From Octopus sinensis (taxonomy: Eukaryota): a stretch of 64,000 bases of DNA. Made by a program: the position numbers and the translations under genes. The stretch is from contig NC_042997.1 in the NCBI RefSeq assembly GCF_006345805.1, positions 84,258,001-84,322,000 of the forward strand, in the 5' to 3' direction. The notes beneath the pieces are model-generated. The model did no database searches. It was given only the letters and a program-made list of their open reading frames with translations, and had not been told where the DNA came from. Of the stretch, positions 51,437 to 61,639 are shown one piece after another; position 1 is the first letter of the stretch, and every line of letters starts with the position of its first letter.

Positions 51437-52999
51437 TAGAAAAAAAAAGAAAAATGCGCCAAAGTAACCATGAAAAGAGGAAAACTAGTTAAGAGTAACA
51501 ACATCACACTAGATAAAACCAATGAAATAAAAGAATTAGACCAAAGCCAAACTTACAAATACTTAGGAATCCATGAACTAGATAAGACACAACACACACA
51601 AATGAAAGAGAAAATAAAAAAAGAATATTATAGACGAGTTAGATCAATACTAAAAACAGAGCTCAATGCTAAAAACAAGATAATAGGTATCAACACTTTA
51701 GCTGTCCCAGTTATAAGTTACAGCTACAATATCCTTAACTGGACACGAAATGAACTGTCCAAAATAGATAGGAAAACAAGAAAAATAATGACAGGATCTA
51801 GGATGCATCACCCAAAATCTGACATAGAGAAAGACTATATATACAACGTATAGAAGGTGGTAGAGGCCTTATACAGCTGGAAAACTACTATAAAATAACC
51901 ACCATAGGACTGCAAAAATATCTACTTCAGGAGGAAGGAAAACTGATCCAGATAGCAGCAAAACACGAGCAAAACAAAAAACTTCTCAGTATTTAAGGAA
52001 GCTGACAAATACAAACAAGAAATCATACCACCTAATAAACATGAAGAAGAAAAAGAAGAAGATGAAGAAACAACAAAAGCTATAAAACAAATGAAATCCA
52101 AACTAAAAATAGAACAGCAACGAACCATGATAAAACGATGGCAAGAAAAGCCCCTTCATGGTAAATACTGCATTAAACTAAACGCAAAAGAAATAGACAA
52201 AGAAAAATCCCAGCAATGGTTGAGAAGCTCAGGACTCAAAGCAGAAACAGAGGGATTTTTAATTGCAGCACAAGACCAAAGCCTCCCCACCAGAAATTAC
52301 CAAAAACATGTAATGAAAAGAAATATTACAAGTAACTGCAGAATATGTGGAGATGGACAAGAAACAATAAATCATATTATCTCTAGCTGCCCAGTCCTGG
52401 CTAAGAAGGAATATATTCACAGACATGACAGAGTTGGAACCTACATACATTGGAAGCAATGCCAACACTATGGAATAACAACAGGAAAAGATGGTATAGG
52501 CACACACCAGAAAGGTCACAGAAAACGAGAAAGCAACCATACTCTGGGATATGCCGATACACACAAATAGAGAAATTAAGGCCAACAGACCAGATATAGT
52601 TGTCAGAGATCATGAAGAAAAAAAATGCCTTCAAATTGATGTATCAATACCGGCAGATGACAACGTGTCTCTAAAAGAAATGGAGAAACTCTCAAAATAC
52701 AAAGACCTGGAAATAGAGGTAACTAGAATGTGGAATCTGAAAACAGAAACAATTCCTATCATAGTAGTGCATTAGGCATGATAAAAAATATTCAGACAAA
52801 TACATAACAAAAACACCAGGACTTACAAACATATATAACATACAGAAAATTGCACTACTAGGCACTGCACACATCCTACGCAGAACACTTTCCATACAAT
52901 AACCATCAGAGCATCACAACAAATCACAGCACATACCCAAGGCACACAGAGCTGCGCTCGGTAGTGAAGTGAAAGCACGCTATAAAAATAAAACTACTG
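51435..52999 (+). mobile_element. R4/Dong-type RLE LINE, 5'-truncated (RT C-terminus, CCHC, RLE, 3' UTR), frameshifted
   Basis: TYKYLGI, INTLAVPVISY, HHPKSD, GGRGL, LHGKY, ETEGFLIAAQDQ, CRICGDGQETINHIISSCP, RHDRV, RPDIVV..DVSIP..EKLSKYKDL. Flanked on both sides by (AAT)n. Confidence 0.92.
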
Positions 53000-53615
53000 A
53001 ATAATAATAATAATAATAATAATCAATAATAAATCTCTGAACGAGGTATAAACAGTAGCTGTCAGTTAAATGTGGCTAACCACTAAGGGTGGATGCTTGT
53101 AGCCCCAGGAGAGCATCCTCTCCAGCTGGCTATTGACACACTTTCTGTGCCCTATCAGTATTCGCAAAGGGAAGCCATCCCTCCCATCGTCGACCTGACG
53201 TGATACGCACGGACCCATGAAATACATTCATTGATTTTTGAAAATAGAAATAATACATTTCTAAATCGCTCAGAGAGATTTATGCAGTAGTAGCACGATA
53301 AAGTGACAGTATATTGTCAAATTAATGTGATAGTCCCATATAATTTATATATGTTTTCAAGGGCAGATAGGCATCGACGGCTAGCAAGCCATGCTACTCC
53401 AGATTGATGATGAGCATTGACTCTGATACATGTCTCTGGATGCTGACTTTGCTGGATGGAGGTGCTTATCTCCAATTTGAAAACATAAGGACACAGGAAA
53501 TGTGTCAAGTCCAACAGGAAACGGTGTTTCCTAGGGCTAAATAACAGTAGCATTCTTCCCTTTTATGGGACTGTCGCATTAAGTTGATAACATACTATCC
53601 CCTTCCATTTTGTGA

Positions 53616-53696
<81 letters not shown>

Positions 53697-53989
53697 CATA
53701 TATATACATATATATACATATATATAAGATTTGGGCACAAAGTAAATGAATATAAATAAGAGCAATCTTTATATTTATTTACTTTGAAGGAGAAGCCGCT
53801 AAATAGTAATATCAGGTGAGACCATTATCCTAGTATTTTTTCTGTCCATCACCATTCACAAACTAATCCTCAAAGCATCTCCTGGGTATGCTCGCGTATG
53901 AGTAGTTTGAGTGAACCAGGGAGTTGTTCGTTACGTGGGTTGTAACTTTTGCCAGCAGTTTCATTTTTTTCTTTTCTCATTTTTGTGTC

Positions 53990-54620
53990 CGAGATAATGC
54001 TCTTCAAAAAGCAGTAAAATATGACAAGCGATGCAGACTTTGTGGAGTTCACACTGAAGATATCACCTACATCATAAGCGGTTGACTGAAAATGTCATTA
54101 CCGCATTATCTACCGATGGGACGTGATGTTGTAGCTAGGACACACTATTGTGAAACCCGTCGGAAGGATAATCCCGAGGACAAATAATAAGAACCTACAA
54201 TATGGTAGAAGCCATAACCACTCATAATAAAAAGGAATACTGGTGGAATGTCCCTGTGAAAACCTCAATAAAATGTAAGCACAACAGATCTGATATAATG
54301 ATTTGGGATAGAAAAGAGAAACTGCAGTGGTGGAAATTAGTTACCCAGCCGATGTTAACATAAAGCTGAAAATCAGTGAAAAAAGAGAACACCTACGCTG
54401 AACAATTGAAGAATCTGCAGAGACTCTATCCAGATTACAAGTTCAGGCTTATACCTGTAATTATTGGGGCACTGGGATATTTAACACACTGCCTAAATAC
54501 CAGTCTTAAGAAATTGGACTTCTCAGAACCAGATAGGGGAGAGCTAATTCGAAGACTACAAATCCAATCCATCACGGGAACTGTAAACATCTGTAAAACT
54601 TTCCAGAAGTTTATCATTTA
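53990..54620 (+). mobile_element. R4-like RLE LINE fragment related to lineage 2 (more diverged)
   Basis: CRLCGVHTEDITYIISG, YWWNVPVKTSIKCKHNRSDIMIW, LQRLYPDYKF..IGALG, QIQSITGTVNICKTF. Confidence 0.8.
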
Positions 54621-54701
54621 AATATATATCAGCATGTCTAGATATGCAACTATATGCATGAGAATACATAAAACATACAAATCCGGACACACACACAAAC
54701 A

Positions 54702-54766
<65 letters not shown>

Positions 54767-55469
54767 CACACACACACAAACTCACACACACACACACACA
54801 CATATGCACGCACACAAAAACATAAAGATACCTCGCGTTAAGGAATTATTGATTTCATTAAAATAACAATTTTACTGTAATGTGGAATTACTCAAAGCAA
54901 AACATATTTTCGCATCAATTTCCTCTTCACTGAATGAAGTTATTGCAAAATAGGGTTCGCGCTACAGGTGTTCACATTACAGAAAGATTTTCTTGGAGGT
55001 ATCGTGGTGTATGTCTTTGTTTGTGTGTGAGTGACTATATGCGTGTCAGTGAGTGTATACATATTTTTTATTGTAGATGTATAGGTGTATAAGTATATAA
55101 GGAAATGAGGACACATACACACATACACCTCCCCACCTTATATTTACACAAACTGGTGCATGCCCTAAATTTTTCCAAATATCAAAGACGTTTCTGAAAA
55201 TATTTTAGCCGTATATTTCATATTTTCTTAATCCAGAGTGAAGTTGTATATTCTTCAGTAGAAATAGAAACAAATAAGTAGGCAAATACTTGAGCGAAGC
55301 AAAGAAATACATAATGAAATAAATATATTTCACAACAAGTAATAAATAAATAGCTAACTATATAGGCGCAGGAGTGGCTGTGTGGTAAGTAGCTTTCTCA
55401 CCGAACGGACGTGTTTTTTTTCGCTCCGGCAAATGTCACGTTTTAACGTGAATTACTGAACATTTTACG

Positions 55470-56060
55470 TCAACAGGTGGGGCGTTCGAATATTGTTGGA
55501 AGCCTAGTGATGTTTATTGCCTGCCGTTAATACTTTTTAACATTAACAACGTTACTTAGTGTTAATAATTTTTGCGCGTAATAAACTTCACTTTGCTTCG
55601 GATATATTTTTTCTACCTGTTGGCGTATTTAAAAGTCTCACTTTTTAGAGAGAAATTGTGTTTTTTGAGGAAGGCGTAGCCCCTCCTCAGAAATATTTTT
55701 GACTCATTGGAGTACCAATTTTCACACTTGGATTACCACACGTGGAATATTGAACTGTTTGGCAACAGCAGGTAGGATTTTTTGAATGTTTTTGGAGGCT
55801 TAGCGAGGTTTATTGCCTGCCATTAATACTTTTTGGCGTCAACGTTAATTAGCGTTAATAATTTTTTGCGAATAATAAACTTCGCTTTGCTTCGGATATA
55901 TTTTTCTGCCTGTTGTATTTAAAATCTCACGTTTTAGTGAGAAGTGTGTTTTTTGAAGAGGCGTAGCCCACATCAAAAATAATTCGATTCATTGGAGCAC
56001 CAATTTCGCTTTGGATTACCACACGTGGAATATTGCACCTTTGGATTACCAGGAGGCACC
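55470..56060 (+). repeat. Two ~297-bp tandem monomers in the 5' UTR of element A
   Basis: TTATTGCCTGCC..TAATACTTTT...CTTTGCTTCGGATATATTTTT...GGCGTAGCCC...TTGGATTACCACACGTGGAATATTG at ~55514-55755 and ~55811-56036. Confidence 0.85.
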
Positions 56061-56311
56061 AAGGATATTCGTGGATTGTTTTTACAAGCACCAGAATTAC
56101 CAAGGATTGCCGTGACGTTTGGCCTGGACTACCTTTTCGGCCAAAAAAAAAAATATTTCTTTGCCACATTTGAACTTCTTCCTCTAGCTATCCTTCATTT
56201 GAACTCCGAACTGTTTTTATTGTAACTCTCGTTTCCATTTTGTTTTTGCTTCTCTCTTTCTGTCACTTTTGTGTTTTTCCTATTCGAACTGTATTAATAT
56301 TTTTGTTAAAA

Positions 56312-57298
56312 ATGGCAAAGGAACTGATTGTTTGGGAGCTGGAAGCTCCCCAAAAATATGTCAAACAGCTCGAGGATAAGACCGTGGTACTGAGGACTTA
56401 TTCAAGGTTGCTCAACGCTATCATGGTTTTTCCGAAGGCGAAAATTATTGAAGAGCTGGCAGACCACATGCCAGCCGTGAAATATATCACGCGGGGAGCC
56501 AAATACGCAACGGTTTGGTTGCTGTTTGACTCCCCAAAAGATGCTTGCAATTTTGCAAGCCAGCCCATTGAGGGCAAAGAAATCTTGTTTCTCCCTAGTT
56601 ATAAGGGAGAAAAATTGACAAAACTATGGGTCTGCGGCCTGCCACCCGGCATTGAACCCGAGTGGATAGAAGACTCTATCCGCCGGGGTCTGGGTGACAG
56701 GGACGCAAAAATCCTAAATGTCAATATACTGCCTGCGGCTGATTGGGAAGGGTCTAAGGCTACCTTAACCCTATGGACCCAGTCAGCCAAGAGTCTGGTT
56801 TTGCCGGACTTTTTGAGAATGGCCGGGTCCAAGTATCCGGTGATGCTCGAGGGACGCCCCCCCAAGTGTCACCTGTGTTTGGAGACCGGCCACATCAAGA
56901 AGAGCTGCCCCAGGGACCAGAGTAGGATCCTGGAGCGGCTGATATTGGAGCCTCTCCCTGCCTCTTCAATGGAGGGAGAGAAGCAAAGTGAGGAGGGAGA
57001 AGAATCCTCCTCCAAAAGAAAAAGACAGGTGGGGAGCAATGGCGACCCACCAAAGGACCTGAAAGCTGCGGGAGAGGAGAACCCGGTGCGCACAGCTCCG
57101 GAACCTCAGCCTCCCGTGGCCCAGGGCCAGAAGAAAAAGAAAAAAAGAGAAACGGAGCGTCGCCGGCGGATTGCTACACGCAGACGGCGGTTCCCGAGTA
57201 TCCCGGGTCCTCTCAGGCGGGTGTGCCGCCTGAGGGACAATTCGTGGAAGATTTTGTGTTCCTCTTTTTTAAAGGAAAAAAGGTGGAAAGCACTATAA
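56312..57298 (+). CDS. ORF1p-like nucleic-acid-binding protein (two RRM-like regions, one CCHC knuckle, basic Lys tract)
   Basis: ATG at 56312. RNP-like ATVWLLF and LWVCGLPPGIEPEWI; CHLCLETGHIKKSC is C-x2-C-x4-H-x4-C. Homologous to the copy B frames. Confidence 0.8.
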   Translation: MAKELIVWELEAPQKYVKQLEDKTVVLRTYSRLLNAIMVFPKAKIIEELADHMPAVKYITRGAKYATVWLLFDSPKDACNFASQPIEGKEILFLPSYKGEKLTKLWVCGLPPGIEPEWIEDSIRRGLGDRDAKILNVNILPAADWEGSKATLTLWTQSAKSLVLPDFLRMAGSKYPVMLEGRPPKCHLCLETGHIKKSCPRDQSRILERLILEPLPASSMEGEKQSEEGEESSSKRKRQVGSNGDPPKDLKAAGEENPVRTAPEPQPPVAQGQKKKKKRETERRRRIATRRRRFPSIPGPLRRVCRLRDNSWKILCSSFLKEKRWKAL

Positions 57299-57519
57299 GA
57301 AAAGTGAGAAAGAGAGGACGTTGGGAGGTAATCCAGTCCTGTACGGAGAACCCCGAGTGGCCTTCGCAGTTAGCTGCGGGGGTCGTGGGAAGGGTTGATC
57401 TACACAGGATCGTGGGTTCCTGCCCAGCGGACTCCTTCGAGATTATACCTCTGGATACCGGCCTGACCAGCGGGTATTGCCTCAATGAGGCAAGAGCAAT
57501 GGTCGGCCGGGTCACATAG
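57181..57519 (+). CDS. Conserved C-terminal module of ORF1 in the -1 frame (frame open 56992-57519)
   Basis: VPPEGQFVEDFVFLFFKG...TENPEWPSQ...YCLNEARAMV aligns with copy B VPPTKELNVLVLFYRG...TQDPEWPPQ...YVLREAWLMV. Confidence 0.6.
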   Translation, partial: QTAVPEYPGSSQAGVPPEGQFVEDFVFLFFKGKKVESTIRKVRKRGRWEVIQSCTENPEWPSQLAAGVVGRVDLHRIVGSCPADSFEIIPLDTGLTSGYCLNEARAMVGRVT

Positions 57520-57853
57520 GCGGTGTAACATCCTTGTAACATGTGGAAGAGGAGGTTTATTGCCTCCTCTAAAATTTGTAAAATTTGTAATTCAATGTTA
57601 ATTCAAACATTTTTGCAACAGGTTGAAGAGGAGGTTTATTGCTTCCTCTAAAATTTGTAATTTGTAATCATTGTATTAAATGTAATTATTGAACATTGTT
57701 TTAGAGAAGCGAGAGTCGGCGGGCGCTTTTTGACTTCTCCCATCACCATCTTCATCCACCACCACCATCATCCATTAATGTCCTTGTCCAGCCCGTAGCT
57801 ACTCTGTGTGCTGCCCTAGTGGAAAAATTGTTGAAATAAAGTAGCTTGCTAAC

Positions 57854-60121
57854 ACACATGCACAGTTAGTCAGTTGCTTCCTGTTCAGCCAGAGTGGACG
57901 CGAGTCAACCAGCTCCGTCCAATTAAAGAAAAAAGACCAAAAACGGAAAGTTGTCGAGGTAAGTGATTTTGTTTATTGTGAGTTGGGCATAATTTATTGC
58001 GTGCCAATTATTATTTCAGTAAGTTGTGTCCAACTCTGAGACAATTCGCCTGCTCTCGGCGGCTGCCGTTTTTGTGTTCATTGAAAAAAAAAGAAAAAAC
58101 AGTGGAGGGGCGTATCCTCGGAATTCAATACAGTTACTGTTAAAATTACCGTTGGCGGTAGCCAGTGCTGTGTTTGGGTTTGTTGAATTTATTCCCTTGT
58201 CAGAGTACTTCGCAAGAAAATTATAAAAATAAGCCACTATTGGATTACCTTTCGGACCCATTTTTGTGGAGGTTGTGTTGCAGTTGCGGCGTTCCAGGTT
58301 CAACCCAGGCCGGGAGTACCGCAAGGCCAGAATATTTTTGCTGTGTTTTTTCTGTTTATTAACTTTCTTTTGAACTTCATTTAACCCCCCCCCCCTTTTG
58401 TTTTTTTTCTTTATTGCGACTTTCCGTTGATTTCTTCCCTTCTGTTGTGCTTTCTCCTTTTTGTTTTTTCAAAAATCTATCAAATTTTATTTGGACTTTT
58501 GAACTTTTTTCTTCTTGCTTTTTGAGTTTAATTTGAATATATTTAAAAAAAAACATGGCAATGAAAAATAACAAAATTTTGGAATGGGAAATCATACCAC
58601 CTAAAAAGTGGTTAAAAGACCGTGAAGATAGGACGGTGGTGTTGAGAACCTACTCCAAGGCACTCGACACCATCGCCCTATTCGAAAAGACGGCAATTGA
58701 AAAGGAGTTGGAAGAGTATTTGCCAACAATTAAATTCATTTCCAGGGGTGTCAAATATGCAACGGTGTGATTGCTATTTGACACCCCTGAAGAGGCTTGC
58801 AAATTTGCTAGCAAACCCCTGGAGGGTAAGGAAATCTTATTCCTGCCCACGTACAAAAAAAAAAGAAATTGATGAAAGCTTGGATTTGCGGGCTGCCACC
58901 CGACATAGAACCCGAGTGGATAGAGGAGACTATCCGCCGGGGTCTGGGTGGCAGCGAAACTAAGCTCCTTAATGTAAAAGTTCTTCCTGCGGCTGCTTGG
59001 GTTGGGTCAAAAGCAATTTTGACCCTGTGGACCCAATCAGCCAATCTGGTTCTTCCAGATTTTTTGAAAATGGCCGGGTGCAGGTACCCGGTGATGCTTG
59101 AGGGTCGCCCCCCTAAGTGTCATCGGTGCTTGGAGTCCGGCCACATAAGAAGAACTGTCCTCGGGAACAAAATAGGATCCCGGAACAGTTAAGTAAAACC
59201 CCTCTAGAAGAGGGAACGGTAACGGCCGAGAAAGCAGAGGACTCCTCAAACAGAGGCCGAAAGAGGAAGGTGAGCAACAATGGGTGCTCACCAAAGGATA
59301 ATAGGGATGAGGAGAGGAAGGCGAATCTTCCAGCCACGGAGGAGACGCACCCTCCCTCAGTTGAAAAGGGAAAAAAAAAGAAAAAGAGGAAGAAAACGGG
59401 ACATTACCGGCTGTCAGTGTAGCACCGGAATGTCCCGGAACTACGTCGGTTGGGGTTGTGCCACCGACAAGAGAAGGAATACCGTTGGCGGGAACTGTGC
59501 CGCCAACGAAAGAACTGAACGTATTGGTCCTCTTCTATAGAGGAGGAGAAATTGAAAAAAAAAATGATGGAAGAGCACCAGAAGGGAGCACCTTTAGCCT
59601 TCACACAGGACCCCGAATGGCCTCCGCAGATAGCTGTGGAGGCCGTGACGTTCGACGTAACGCTTGGGCTAAAGGAGCTCAATGAAGATTATAGCTTGGT
59701 CCCGGGCGACGCGAACTCGGAACTTGATTACGTTCTGAGGGAGGCGTGGTTGATGGTGGAGGGCGCGGGCACAAGCTATTTCGAGGACGATATGTAATTA
59801 TTGAACTGTTAGTATTAATAATGGACTGCTAAGTCCAAAAATTGAAAAATTGTAAGAGGTTTAATACCTCGTTTTGTATTTTTATTAATAATGGACTGCT
59901 AAGTCCAAAAATTGGAAAAATTGTAAGAGGTTTAATACCTCGTTTTGTGTTTATCTTTAAAAAGAACAATGTTTTAGAGAAGCGAAAGTCGGCGGGCGTT
60001 TTTTGTCTTCTCCCATCCTTATCATCTGTCTTTCATTATCATTCACTTCATTAATGTCCTCGTCCAGCCCGCAAAGCTAACTTAATCTGTGTACTGCCTT
60101 TATGGCAAATGTTTTGAAATA
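57854..60121 (+). mobile_element. ORF1-only non-LTR retroelement, copy B (2268 bp), 15-bp TSD AAGTAGCTTGCTAAC
   Basis: TSD at 57839-57853 and 60122-60136; same ORF1 and conserved 3' end (TTGAAATA) as copy A; no APE, RT or LTR. Confidence 0.85.
58555..59797 (+). pseudogene. Disrupted ORF1 of copy B
   Basis: ATG at 58555; TGG>TGA stop at 58768-58770; frameshifts near 58860, 59145, 59375 and 59560. The reassembled protein aligns with copy A at roughly 65-75% identity over the RRM-CCHC part (counted by eye). Confidence 0.8.
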
Positions 60122-61083
60122 AAGTAGCTTGCTAACCAACCACATGGTTCCGGGTTCAGTCCCACTGCGTGGCATCTTGGGCAAGTGTCTTCTGCTATAG
60201 CCCCGGGCCGACCAATGCCTTGTGAGTGGATTTGGTAGACGGAAACTGAAAGAAGCCTGTCGTATATATGTATATATATGTGTGTGTATATGTGTTTGTG
60301 CGTGTGTGTTTGTGCCCCTAGCATTGCTTGACAACCGATGCTGGTGTGTTTACGTCCCCGTCACTTAGCGGTTCGGCAAAAGAGACCGATAGAATAAGTA
60401 CTGGGCTTACAAAGAATAAGTTCCGGGGTCGATTTACTCGACTAAAGGCGGTGCTCCAGCATGGTCGCAGTCAAATGACTGAAACAAGTAAAAGAGTAAA
60501 AAGAGTAAAAGAGTATATAACCAGGTAAATAAAAAAAAGTAATACAAAAATACACAACGCGTGCCCTGACAGTCTCTTATCTTAAGGGAGATAATTAGTT
60601 CCCGATCAATTCAAGTGGGAGTGAAAGTTTGAATTTTAAATCAAAGAATGATGAAGGTGCAAGAATGTATTTCTATTTTATGTTAGTTTCTTTCTCACAC
60701 ATAAACACATCAAAATTTCTAGTCGTAGATACATAGATAGATCATTGAAACTCAGAATTTATTACACGGAGATGAGCACACAAGTATGGTGTATTGAATT
60801 ATGAGTAGTTTTTATCGTGGATTTAAGTTGATTTTTTTTGTTTCCATTTGGTACATTTTCTGTTCTATTTTGCTCTTAATACTTCCTCTCCACCTTCGCC
60901 TTTTTTTTTGTTTTACTTCTCTTATCTACTTTGCTATTTTTGTTAATATACGTCTCTGAAGCACCTGGTGACCTTTCCACTTTCTATCTATCTCGTTGTT
61001 AACATTGCATATTAAAAAAATAGGCCCACTTTTTGTACGCAAATCGTAAGTACGTACGCGTAAGTTTGTTAGAACGTGTACAT

Positions 61084-61126
<43 letters not shown>

Positions 61127-61639
61127 CATATGTATGTACACACACACACGCGCGTATATATATATATATATATATGTACACACACGTATGTATGTATGTA
61201 TGTATGTATGTATGTATGTATGTATGTATGTATGTATGTATGTATGTATGTTGTCTGCATATATGCAGAGCCGGATTAAGGCCAACTGACGCCCAAAGCA
61301 CATCCCTATAATGGCCACTCACCCCGACCCTTCCGTTGTCTAACTGACAAGGTATTAAGACATAACAATCTCTAAGTGAGAAATAATAGATTAAAAATAT
61401 AGTTTTCTTCCTGGACATACCTCGGGCCAAACTCGATAACTGTTTTAAGTCCCAGACTTTTAAGAAACTGTTTAACATAACATATCATCAAGCATATAAG
61501 CAAATCATTAACTCAATAATACAATTAACTAATACAATAGGAAAAATGCAAGTTTTGTACACTTATTCTTTATTCAATAAATCGTGTCATTATAACAGAA
61601 ACACACACACACAAATTCATATGTATTTCTAGATTTAAT

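Larger units (their letters stand above)
55396..57838 (+). mobile_element. ORF1-only non-LTR retroelement, copy A (2443 bp), 9-bp TSD AAGTAGCTT
   Basis: TSD at 55387-55395 and 57839-57847; 5' UTR with tandem monomers; RRM+CCHC ORF; ~320-bp 3' UTR ending TTGAAATA; no APE, RT or LTR. Confidence 0.85.
55363..60514 (+). mobile_element. SINE family 1 split by two insertions (head 55363-55395; remainder 60122-60514)
   Basis: Joining the two parts restores the sequence of the intact copy at 1-283; the tail ends in AAGAGTA repeats. Confidence 0.92.

Noticed and set aside
53317-53553. Minus-strand ORF of ordinary composition
   Set aside because: No recognisable motif in any frame and no splice context I can support.
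58294-58328. B-box-like GGTTCAACCC and a 16S-like word GGGAGTACCGCAAGG in the 5' UTR of element B
   Set aside because: No convincing A box and no extended rRNA similarity; short chance matches.
55396-60121. Reading the CCHC ORFs as retroviral/LTR gag, or A+B as a segmental duplication
   Set aside because: No LTRs, PBS or PPT. The ends show variable-length TSDs with a fixed 3' junction. A and B differ by ~30% in protein and have largely different 5' UTRs.
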